Source of the DNA: Dipteris shenzhenensis
Taxonomy: Eukaryota
NCBI GenBank assembly: GCA_047967505.1
Contig: CM106538.1
Direction: 5' to 3' (one strand)
DNA: 64,000 bases
Made by a program: the position numbers and the translations under genes. Each line of letters begins with the position of its first letter. The first letter of the stretch is position 1. This document shows positions 40,392 through 52,200 of the stretch, one piece after another. The notes beneath the pieces were generated by a model that was not told the DNA's origin, did no database searches, and saw nothing but the letters and a program-made list of their open reading frames with translations.

Positions 40392-41461
40392 CTCTGCATC
40401 TTGCTCATGCTCAGAGTCAACTTGAGAAAGCTATATTGTATCCATGCTCTCTTTCAATACCTCTTCTTCAGGTTGAGTTGTCTCCATGTTATAGAAATTA
40501 AGGTACATGACAAAAGCCATACTCTCCTCTAGAAGCCTACACTTTTTATTTTGCATAGTGCATTTTTCTTTCAAGTGCTCTAGAAATAAGTCATATCTCT
40601 TGGCCATATAACTTCTAGTATTATTTGTAGTAGCAACATCCTTTAGAGGTGAATATAGGGCTTACTTTCTATAACAACTTTTCCATCCCTTGTCAGAGTA
40701 TCAAACCCTTCATAATACTCTGCCAAAATGTCATAGTGTTGTGACATTATATCTGAGTAATTTAGACTCTTATTGAACATCTCATAAAAAATATGACACT
40801 CCTGATGTGCATTGGACTTGTGGAGAAATTCAAACAACATCTCATTGGAAGACTTCTTCTCCTCCCTTTGAGGACTACTTGATGGCTCCGCAAATGTCAT
40901 TTGCAGAGATCTTCTTTCTACTGGTGCCGTCACATAAGTTCTTTGCAAATTTACTGCACCATACTATGTGTGTTGAAATGCAAATGTGATTACATAATTG
41001 AAAGTAAATTTTTGCACCATATGTTGAAATATCAATGTGAACAATAATTGAAAGAAAGACCTTAAAATCGTAATTATTCGACATACCTGGGTTGCAAGTT
41101 CTCATGGCAAATTTTCTCACACTCCGCTTTCTAGTTGTTTTAATATTGTCAACTTCACATGGTCAAGCCAAAAAACAAAGAATAGCATTAGCAAACAAAA
41201 AATATTCAAAAAATACTTAATGATTTTAGCTATTCCTAACATATTCTGAGTGACAAAGAGATAGCCACAAAAGAGTGTTGAATCTACTTCATATGTCCAC
41301 TGATTTGAGTTTCTTTACAAAAAGGATCATGTATAACATGCCATGTGTCACAAAAGAATCTAAAAGGATTACGTGTGAACTCTAGAAAGGAGAGTCCATA
41401 AAAATTATCTTCATGTCATGACATGAAGGAGTGTTTGAAAACATAACAAGTGACTCACTTG

Positions 41462-43057
41462 GAGGCAGTCAATAGAGCGAGCGAGAAAAAGCGAGCAAGC
41501 CCAAAAAAGCGAGCGACAATTAGTTAAAGTGATTGGAAAATCAAGCAAGCAAAGAAAGAATCTAAGTTTTTTATAAATAATTGCTTGAAGTATAAAGTAT
41601 TCAAAAGAGTGGTTATGTGTCACATTTCTTAAAATTGAGTAGTCTAAAGTTAAGGACTATTGTAACATGACCCCATTTGGGTTTGGCAATTGTCCTGGGG
41701 GGTCACTCATAAACATGTAACATACCACTTTTGTGCATTGAGGGGTATTTTTTAGTGGGGGGACTTACATGTTGTTTGTGTGCATGAGGGGATTTATAAA
41801 ATAGCAACTTAATGTAATTTATATATGTAGATATTTTAAAATATAAACACATACATGGGTTCAACCATTTACATGACAAAATGTAAATTGCAAGAACAAG
41901 GGTAATTTTTAATACATTCTTGCTTGCACATGCTTTATGGGTTTATGAAGAGTGATCCCCAGAGTGTAATTAAAAGGTAGAGGATGTTAAATTTTTGCCA
42001 AAATAGACAGTGTCTTCTCGCTCCCCATTATGGGAAACCTTGCTTTAAACTTGGTGTAAAAAATTGGACAGAATCTCACAAAATTCATATTCTGATGCAC
42101 ACAATTTTTTTAGATGGTGCAAAAAGGCATGATATTGATCTAAATCATGCCTTGTCATTTGATTTGATATGTAACATTATGCCATTTATATTTGACAATA
42201 AAAAGATGTAGGGATGTTAAAACTCATCTTTTGGGCCAAAAAAATCATATGTTGACATCTTGCAAAAAATACAGAGATGTGAAAATGCCCTCTTTTGGGC
42301 CAAAACAGGGAGCGTGTTATTTTGGCCCAAAAGAGGGCATTTTCACGTTAACACACTCCCTGTTTTGGCCCAAAAGAGGGCATTTTCACATCCCTGTATT
42401 AACGCGCTCCCTGTTTTGGCCCAAAAGAGGGCATTTTCACATCCTTGTATCTCTTGATTTACAAGTCCAAACAAGGTCATGTTACATATCAAATCAAATG
42501 GCAAGGCGTACTTTAGATGATTATCATGTCTTTATGCACCATCTAGTAAAATTTAATGCACCAAAATATGAATTTGTGGTTAATTTGTTGCATTAGTGGG
42601 AAGGATATTTTTCCAGTAAAAACAAAGAAACATGGGTTTCATTCCAAGAGTGAATAGAGTTAAAAAAGCTAAGCATTTACATATGCATGGAATTTAGACT
42701 AATCCATGCAAGGAGTCCTTAGAAACATCCCACCTGTGTGGAAGGTTGCATTGATGATCTCAATTACTCTAGTGGAAAGAGAGAACTTGATTGCAGTTAC
42801 TGTAGGGTTTGTCTTCAATACAAACAATGAATTGGAAATTGAACATACAAACTATCTCATGGATGATGTGAAATTAGTGTTAGTGGCTCAGAAAGTTATA
42901 TACGTATTTAACCTTCTAGCATTGAGGAAACATATGGACTTTTGAATAAGTTATTATTTTTTGCTACTGAAATGGGGGATTTATAAATCTTATTGTTTTT
43001 TATTGCTCGCTTTTTTTGGCTCGCTCGCTTTTGGTTGCTCGCCTTTTGGTAATCCTC
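41462..43057. mobile_element. Non-autonomous foldback DNA transposon with GAGG termini
   Basis: TIR pattern GAGG-N11-GCGAGC..AAAAGCGAGC..AAAAAAGCGAGC at both ends, 5-bp direct repeat ACTTG on both flanks, internal palindrome about 42075-42590. Confidence 0.7.
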
Positions 43058-43459
43058 ACTTGGTACATGGCATAAAGAATTGGGGGAAGTGATGAAGATG
43101 AAATGTCTCTTCTATCCTCAATTTTTTATACAATTGGGGGAAATGATGAAGATGTAACGTTTTTCATTCTCGTGAAATAATTTTGGCATGGATTCCAACA
43201 AGCCACGTGAGGAGGACGAACATGAAGATAATGAAGATGATAAAGACAAGAAATACGAGTCCGGAAGATCAATACCAAAGACCAAGGGTGCATCAATTAA
43301 GGGAGAAATGAAGATGACATGGATGCATGTCTCCCTTCTCCTCCACCCCCACCGCCTAGACCACCCCTAAATGACCCTCCCCCCATCTATTACCATGACT
43401 ATGTGAGTGTCTCTTTTTCCTAATCTCCCTATGAGAATTCAATCTCGTGTTTGATGTTC

Positions 43460-45295
43460 ATAAAAGCAATTTCACTAAGCAAAGCCGTGTGCAAGCCATG
43501 CTCAAGTACAAAGACCAAATCGTTTTTTACCATAAGATTGAAAGGTGTTCAAAAAAGCGATTTTATGCATGCGTGCTCGAGTACAAAGACCAAATCGCTT
43601 TTTTAAGCATGTAATGCAAGAATGACAATTTCAAAAATGCGATTTCATATGTGGAGCTTAAGGTAATATGTAGTAGACCTTTTTTGAGAGACTACGATTT
43701 CTACATGCTGAAAAACGCGATCTCAACATAGGAAGAGGTGTCAAATGCCCCAAATCGCGTTTTTGAACTGTTTTTTAAATTGGTTACTCACACAAATCTT
43801 TGCCAATAGAAACACTAGTGGAATTGATTCTTGCATGTAAAAATGGAATACATGTTGCATCCTCGTTGATGGTATTAGTGTTGAGTCATCTACGCCACCA
43901 CGAGATCTAAATAACGAAAGCCAATACCTTTTTTGGCGTTGTTAAACAGACAACTTTATAGTGGGAAGGACTACTCTTGTGATGGCTATGCTTCTCCTAA
44001 GTCACTCCTCCACAAATGTCACCTTCTCGCAAGAGCCTTCTTCCACTGCCGCTTCTCGCAAGAGCCTTATAGAGCGACGCTTCTCACAAGAGACCTTCCG
44101 TCGCTGCCAGTCGTCTGTTAGATTTCATGCATGGTGCGAGGCCAAGTATTCAATCTTGACAATCCCAAATGAGGCATACACTCGAAGATAGTAGACGAAT
44201 CTTTAAAAACGGCTACTGGGCCCACCAAACCATTAATAGCGAGTTTCCAAATAAAGGTTTACAACCATAAATAACAAGCTTCCAAAAAAAGAGACATGTG
44301 GGGCCCATTTTGGCTAAAAGTCCCTAGTTTTCCTAAATCGTCATCATAAGGTAGATGCAAGGTAGCGATTCATTATCAACACCTTCATGCAAGGACCAAA
44401 GGCATTCTCCTACTCGCAAATCCCAGGTTGGTGGTTTGCTTTTCTGTTTGTAATCTCCTTATGATAATTCAAGTGTGCACAGAATCGTGAGAGTCATGTT
44501 TATGTTGAAAAAAGCGATTTCAAACATGTGGGCTTAGGCAGAATGGCCATATCGCATTTTTGAGCGTGTTTGAGCTTCTCTTGGAAAAATCGATTTCCCA
44601 TGTGGCAACATGCTATATTGATTTCCCATGTGGCAACATGCTACATAGATTTTTGCATCGCCTTGATAACAAACGTAAACTTCATGCTAAAAAAAGCGAT
44701 TTATTCTGTGGAGGTAGAGGTAACATGCCATATCACTTTTTTGAGAATCTACGAAAAGGCAATCATGAATAGTTTGTTGAAAAAGGCAATTTCACATCTA
44801 GAGATTTGGGTAACGTGCTAGATAGCTTTTTCAACCGTGTTTCAAACAAAACTAAACAAGGTTCAAAAATTGATATCTTCTATTGGAAAATGCGATTTTA
44901 TGTAGGGAGGTGTTGGGTAACAAGCGAAATTGCTTTTATGAGCGTGTAGGAAGGTGCAATCATGAAGATTTATGAAAAAGGCAGTTTTTGGAGACCCTAA
45001 ACAAAATCCGGTCAAAAAAGCAATTTGTTGCTTCCTAGTAAGCCAATCCACACCAAATCACTTTTTTGAGCATGATTTAAAGATAATCCAAGCTTCATGT
45101 CAAGATTCGCTCACAAATGCGATTTGATGCTTCCTAGCAAGCTATCTCACAAACTTGCTTTGTGGAGCATCTTGTATAGACATTTCTAAATAAAGAAAAA
45201 TGTGAAGCATGTTTTGATGATCCAAAATCTCAATCTATTAGAAAACGTGATTTCATAATGTCGCACGGTTTTGTTTCATATCAAATCACTTTTTT
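43460..45295. repeat. Two clusters (43460-43770, 44505-45295) of alternating-orientation AAAAAGCGATTT-like motifs
   Basis: About 24 degenerate copies, e.g. 43551, 43592(rc), 44508, 44549(rc), 44689, 44730(rc), 45014, 45056(rc). Confidence 0.75.
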
Positions 45296-46063
45296 AAACT
45301 ATTTGGACATTTTGAACATTTTGGACAAGGTTTTGCTCAATAAAAAAACAAAGACTTTGCTATGGACTCGATAAATAGCAATCGAAACACTTAATTGCAC
45401 GAATGTGAGAACATACATACTTGTTGCTTGCTGCTCCATAAAACATGGCCCGAGATTATCCATGAAGTGTTGTACAAAGGTAGCACTATGCCAAATATGT
45501 GGATCTTGGAGTTGTAAAATAAGACCTTTACCAATTATAAAAACGTTGTAGTCGGTGGGTCCCAAGAGAGCGCTTGCGTCGAGATAACGGCTATCCTAGC
45601 CATTATTAGCTCGCATATGTAAGCCTCCAGTAAGGGTCCACTTTCAACCTACCCTATATTGGGTTCTAGTGGCCATTTACAACAAAGAAAGAATGGCTAG
45701 CATGATTTTCCTTTATTATCATCAACTCGTGCATTACTATCAACCCAAGATAAGGGTTGGACTGTCTCTCTTTTTCCTAAGGTAGATAATGATCTGTTCG
45801 TATTGTTTAGAGTATATTGTTTAAAAAAGCTTTCTTTAGCATATTTTCCATTGTTTGAAGCATCCTCACATATGACTAATTTGTTTGCTTAACATGTAAA
45901 GTTGCATAAGAAAGTGGTTTGGTATGTTGGTGTACTATGGTGTAATTCTAAATCTCTTTAATGAGCATGTTTTGCATATGTTCTATAGTGGTTTGCAATC
46001 TTACAACCTCTCTTGATGCTTTGAGGATTGTGTTTGATGTTTTTTTAGTAAAGAAGATTGGAT

Positions 46064-46490
46064 ATGGCAAGGATCAAATCTACAGCGAGAAAACATGGAA
46101 AAGGTCCTGACATCGTAGTAGTTGCTGCCAAAGTAGAAGCATCTCAAAGCGGCTGTCACCAAAGAAAGGGTAAATCAGTGCATATACTCAAGCAAGCTAA
46201 ACTAAGGAGGTTTAAGCAAAAAACATTAGCACTAAGAGAGATTAGACAAGCATAATTGGCCATGGGATTTGCTATCCCAAAAGCCCCATTCCAAAGGCTT
46301 GTCAAGAGAATTTGTGTTGAAGATTGGAATCTTGAACATCGATGGCAGAGAACAGCTTTGTATACTCTTCAAGAAGCTGCTAAATATTATATGATAGAGT
46401 TTTTTCAGGATGGAATGCTTGTAGCTGCCCATGCACATAGAGTCACACTGATGGTTAAAGATATTGAGACAGTGAAGAGGGTAAGATATA
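46064..46490 (+). pseudogene. Divergent histone H3 / CENH3-like histone-fold domain (in-frame TAA at 46253)
   Basis: MARIKSTARK...RRFKQKTLALREIRQA*LAMGFAIPKAPFQRLVKRICVEDWNLEHRWQRTALYTLQEAAKYYMIEFFQDGMLVAAHAHRVTLMVKDIETVKRVR aligns end to end with H3. The stop lies at the conserved Gln of KYQ. A probable 5'-UTR intron spans about 45782-46048. Confidence 0.92.
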
Positions 46491-46679
46491 GATATGACAA
46501 GCTCCTTCATCCCATTGATTGGGTGGATAAAAAAATGAGACATCTCGACAGCCAAAGGATGAGGGCATTCAATACAAGAAGTGACACACAACAGAGACAC
46601 AAGGGCCAAGGCTGCCCATGAAGAGTACATTGCACTGGAAAGGGAGAAAAGCAACTAGCAATTTGTTCATGAGAACTTT

Positions 46680-47610
46680 AAGAGATTCGATAAATTGTCA
46701 AAGGTTGGCTGAGTTGGGTTCTAGATTTTTAATTTCTTATGTGACTATGTTTGAGGCAAGAGATATTACCATGACAATTGAATGCAAAAACGCACTCAAA
46801 TCAAAGAATGAGTGGGTCGCTTATCAGATTATCATGGATGTCCTTTGGTAAGTTTTTTTAGATGTTTGCATATCTGATATAGTACAGGTGTTTGAAGAAA
46901 CTTTTCACTGCATTGGATTTATGTCCTCCCAATGTAAACACCATTCAAATTGTTATGTTGGTGAGAGAACTATTTCCTTTTCCACAAACTTGATGCATCT
47001 TTCTTCACAACCATCTCTCAATGATGATATCCTTGTGCAGGCACCACAACAAGATGATCCTAATTCATGTGGGTGGAGAACATTATTCCATGCCAAGTAC
47101 ATGCTATACACTTTTTTTGAAGCACAAATACTAGAGATGGTAAATATAAAGATCTTTATTGCATATCTTATATATAATGACAAGATGTCAATGCATTTAT
47201 GATACATTTCTCTCTCCTCACATCGTCAAGAGGACAGCTACACATCCATTGATATAAATGGATATAGAGCTCTTACAATTGAAAATCTACTCAAGTATGC
47301 AAAGAAGGCTCCTAAAGAGAAGCAAAAAAAGAAGCCCATTCGTGTTGGATCTAGTTCCTCTGTTAAAGGGCACGCAAATCAGGAGCCACTGATGGTGGAT
47401 GAGGAGCCGGTAAAGCAGGAGCCTGTTAAAGTTAATGAGGAGAAGATTTAGGAGCAAGTGAAGGTGGATGAGCAGAATACACAAGAGGTCGCTCACAAGG
47501 AGGAACAACTGGAGGAGAAGCAGGAACACATTTATTCCGAGCATCAGCCTTTTCAGCAATCTTTCTCAAATCCTTCCATAGAGCCTTCCACTGAGCAACA
47601 AACTCCTTGA
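46680..47610 (+). pseudogene. Ulp1/SENP (peptidase C48)-like domain remnant plus acidic tail, downstream in the same transcription unit as the H3 domain
   Basis: ITMTIECKNALKSKNEWVAYQII resembles the Ulp1 N-terminal L..L...WL.D.II motif. APQQDDPNSCGW matches the oxyanion Gln and catalytic Cys motif. GT donors at 46848 and about 47140. The catalytic His/Asp segment was not found. Confidence 0.6.
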
Positions 47611-49220
47611 ATGAAGTGGATATGCCATGGCATGTTTAATGCTGGCTTATGGATGTTTATCATCTGCAGTAGCTACAGTCCATGTCATTTAACTTCTCTT
47701 GACAATTATATTCTTATAACACAATTTTGTGACAAAACAGATGTTGGGATAAAGGCCAATGGCCTAGTATATACCCCTTTGTACCATACATACATAATAA
47801 GAGCTTACCTTGATCTGGATGAGTTAGCACCCACAATTTCGATGTTCTTCCTTTCTTTGTTGCTCTCTGATAAGACCTCCTCTCCATCAATTGGTATCAA
47901 AGCTTGGTTGAGTGAAGCCAACAAGGAGACTGTAGCATTGCGGTGTGGTTGTGCCAAAAGCCTGAACTTGTTGCGTGGAGTCTCCTACTGCTGCTGCCCT
48001 TGGGAGCTGTATTTTGACATATACTAGCTCGTTCTTACTGTTTCAGCCATATATATTAGGTTGCCTCGACTGTTCCAGCAGTCTATTGCGTTGTTTAAGT
48101 AGGGAAGAAGGAATATTATCCATCTACGGTCAAAAACGACCTGCTGCTCTGAATTCCAGCCACTAGAAGTTGCTTTTATGGGGCCCGAAAGCAAAAACGT
48201 CTTTTGCTTGTGGCAGACTCTAATTGATCAAAGGCAGCTGGTACATTCAGATTTCAGTTGGATTTATGCCTTCAAATTTATGCATATCAAGCCAAAGGTT
48301 GGCTGAAAGTGATTGCTTACAATTGATGCATTTTGAGCCTTTGTTTAGCTGAGAAAGTGAGCATAAGTGAGCAGTGTTTTTCTGAAGCTGTCTTGTATCC
48401 TAGGAAGGCATTATTTTTTGTGAGTGTAATACTCTTCCCACTAAGGGAATTTTTTGGACAACAATTTTTAGAATTGTTGGGCTATTTCATTGGAGTTTAT
48501 GCCTCAAATGCTTCAAGAAAAATTGGTGATTGGCTTGTGACAGCAGTAAAAAGTGAGTAAGTGGCTGTTTTCACAAGTGAATATCAGAGAATCCATGAGG
48601 AATTGTCTTTTGAGTTGAACTAAGTAGTTTTAGTTTTTTGGACAATCTACAATCTTGTTTTTGAAAGTGTTTCAATTCGAGTTTTGGAGAAAAAGTTATG
48701 ATGCCCGGTATGCCCATGATCTATAGTTTTGACAGTTTGACAACAGCTAGAAAAAGTGAGCAGGGACCTGCATTCAGCAGTGAATATCAAAAAATCCATA
48801 ATGAATTTGGACTTATAGTAAACCAAAAGTTTGTAGATCTATTGGTTGTCTACAACTTTGGTGTTTACAGCAAAGGCAACCGAGTTACAGTTGGGAAGAT
48901 ATTGATAGCTCAAAACAGGCCAAAACTATTGCAAATTGTTATTACAGCAGTAAAAGTTTGCAGGTGGTGGTATCCAACAGTAGATATAAGGAGATCTGTA
49001 AGGATTTTGGAATTGCTGTAAACTGAGAAGTTGTAGAGTTTTCTACTAGCTACATTTCTTCTGTCACACTTTTTGCATCAGAGCTACCGTGCAAAAGCTA
49101 TTGGCTACTTTTGGGATGCCCTGAGGTCACTTACAGCACATGTATTTGTGACTATGATAGTGTGGTTGTTGTCATTACAGTTAATATTTTTTGGCCTTGA
49201 GTTTGATACATTGTTGCAGT

Positions 49221-52200
49221 TGTAAAGAATAAGGGAGAGAGATAGGAGACTCAAGTTCAGCTTTCTTCAACAACACACAAAAGAGAGAGGACACAAGGTT
49301 GGAGGGTGAAGCCTTTCTTCACTTTTGCACACAACAACAATACAATAGAAGAGGGAAATACCCTATATGTCAAAACCTAGAATACGTGGTTCATATGTGA
49401 ACCCAAACCAAAAACATACGTGGTAGTCTAACTACACCACGAGTACAACTAACATAGGCGGTGACATAAATGATAGTCACCCAGGAGATATGTCGGGGAT
49501 AGAGCTTGATATCTCAACACTCCCCCTCAAGCTCAAATCCATCTCACGTACACCAAGCAAGCTTCTAAATCTGCAAAGCTTCTCGGTACCCAATGCCTTC
49601 GTAAAGATATCAGCCACCTGCTCCTCAGTGCTGACATAGACAAGATCAATCTCACCAGCTAGAACCTTCTCTCTCACAAAGTGATAATGCACCTCAATGT
49701 GCTTCGTTCTAGCATGATAAACTGGGTTATTAGCAAGCATGATGCTGCTAATGTTGTCACAATGAATGACAACTGCTGCATGAACTGACTGTCCCATATC
49801 TGCAAGTAGCTTCCGTAACCAAGCTACCTCACATGCAGCCATTGCTGCACCCCTGTACTCTGCCTCTGTGCTCGACAAGGCAACTGTTGGCTGCTTCTTG
49901 CTGCTCCAACTGATGGCACCACTCCCAAGGGAAAACATAAAACCACTAGTAGATCTCCTGTCTGAGACACTACTAGCCCAGTCAGCATCTGTGTATCCAT
50001 GTACCTGTAATGCACACCTAGCTTCATAAAACAGTCCATAATGCAATGTGGACTTCACATACCGCAGTATGCACCTAGCCGCATCCAAATGTGGCTTCCT
50101 CGGTGCCTGCATAAACTGACTCACCAGCCCCACAGCATAGCTCAAATCTGGCCTGGTTATAGTCATGTAAATCAAGCTACCTACGATGCGCCTGTACATA
50201 GTAATATCTTCAAGAAGCTCACCTGACTCTGCATTGAGCTTCACATTCTGCTCCAATGGAACAGAGATAGGCTTACAGCCTGTCATCCCATATTTGGACA
50301 GCATGTCCAAACCGTATTGCCTTTGCAATAGCCATATCCCACTCGGGGATCTAATAACCTCAATGCCCAAGAAGTAACGCAGCTCTCCCAAATCCTTCAT
50401 CTCAAATTTCTGCTTCAACAGCAGCTTCACTTCATTAATGTCTGCATCACTATCACCTGTAATAATCAAGTCATCAACATAGATGACTATAAGCACAATC
50501 CCTCTGTTTGTCCTTTTCACATAAAGTGAAAAATCTGAGTTGGAAATTTGAAATCCAATAGTGACAAGATATTGCCCTATCTTGTCTGACCATGCCCTCG
50601 GCGCCTGTTTTAAGCCATACAAGGCTTTGCGCAACCTGCATACAAAATTGGGATGTGCATTATCCTCATAACCTTTTGGCTGCATCATATAAACCTCTTC
50701 CTGCAAATCACCATGCAAGAAGGCATTTTTCACATCCATCTGATGCAAAGACCATCCCTTTGCAGCAGCCATAGCAATTACTGCTCTCACGGTTGCCATC
50801 CTTGCAACTGGGCTGAAAGTTTCCTCATAGTCAATTCCATATGTCTGTGCAAAACCTTTGGCAACCAATCTTGCCTTGTACCTGCTAACAGACCCATCAG
50901 CATTGTGCTTTACTTTGTAAACCCACTTGCAGCCAATAGCCTTCTTATCATGAGGCAAAGGCATCAAATCCCAAGTGTGGTTTGCATCCAAGGCAGCCAT
51001 CTCTTCATCCATAGCTGCTTCCCAATTTTTATGCCCTGCTGCATCCTCAAAACATGTGGGCTCTGGCTCCTCTAGAACCTTGACCATATAAGCATAGTGA
51101 TGTGCTGTATACCCATCATATCTCAGCCTGTCAACTGGATACTTAATACGAGTGGATTTCCGTACAACTGGATCAGTTGCAGGAGTCTTTAAATCATGCC
51201 TGCTTTTCCTTGCACCAGGTGTAACAACAGAAGGAATCCCAAGTTCCTCATCAAGGCTCATTTCAGAGCCACTTGACTCTCCATCAACATGAGAGCTACT
51301 AGCAGACACATCAAACACTGGAGCATGGTCCACTTTTTCTTTTCCCTTATGTGATACCTGCACAACACTATCAGGACTGCCATGTGACGATTCACTAGAT
51401 CTCAATCTCCCTGTCCATGCATTAGATCCACTAGTAGAGGACTCTCTGGGTCCAGTCAAGGCTTGAGATTGCTGCTCTGCATTTATTGCAGCATTCCCAT
51501 TTCCTGCATCTGCATCTCCTACCATAACAGTTGGTGCATACCAGCTGCTCATTTCATCAAAAACAACATCTCTGCTCACTTGCATTTTGCGGGTGGAAGG
51601 GTTATAACAGCGATACCCTTTCTGGTGCTGAGCATATCCAATAAAGATGCATTTTTCTGCCTTTGGATCCAGCTTTGTTCTCTTCTCATCAGGAACATGA
51701 ACATAAGCTATGCAACCAAATACCTTCAAGTGAGAAATATCTGGTTTTTGGCCTGTATACATTTCTTCAGGCGTCATGCCATGGACAGCTGCAGTGGGGG
51801 TTCTGTTCATAATATAAACAGCAGTTGCTACTGCTTCAGCCCAAAAATAATCAGGCATGTTTTTCTCATTTAGGATCGCCCGTCCTACTTTTGCAATATG
51901 CCTGTTCTTCCTTTCTGCAACCCCATTCTGCTGAGGGGTAGACCTGCATGAGTACTTCCTTTGAATTCCCTGTTCTTTCAGATATTCACAAAATTCTTCT
52001 GAAAAGTACTCTCCCCCTCCATCAGATCTTAGCACTTTAATATGCACACCTTTCTCTTTTTCAACCATGGCCTTAAAAGCCTTGAAATGGCTGAACACTT
52101 CACTTTTGTGCTTCATAAAATAAATCCACACCTTCTTAGTGTAGTCATCAATAAACGTCACATAATAATGGCATCCACCAATAGAAGCAGCTTTGGTTGT

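Larger units (their letters stand above)
36575..41120 (-). pseudogene. Unknown intron-containing gene convergent with the transposase, disrupted by an LTR insertion and frameshifts
   Basis: ORF pieces 40643-40948, 37358-37705 and 36575-37130. The reading continues across the 37749-40391 insertion (..EQDAE/EEIDLKNEMAEAAW). GT-AG intron at about 37208-37131. No domain recognised. Confidence 0.55.

Noticed and set aside
36575-41120. RAG2 orthologue
   Set aside because: Only the convergent orientation fits; no kelch repeats or PHD finger are recognisable.
46058-46621. Functional host histone H3 or CENH3 gene
   Set aside because: In-frame TAA at 46253, strong divergence, a C-terminal extension with frameshifts and transposon surroundings; reported as a pseudogene.
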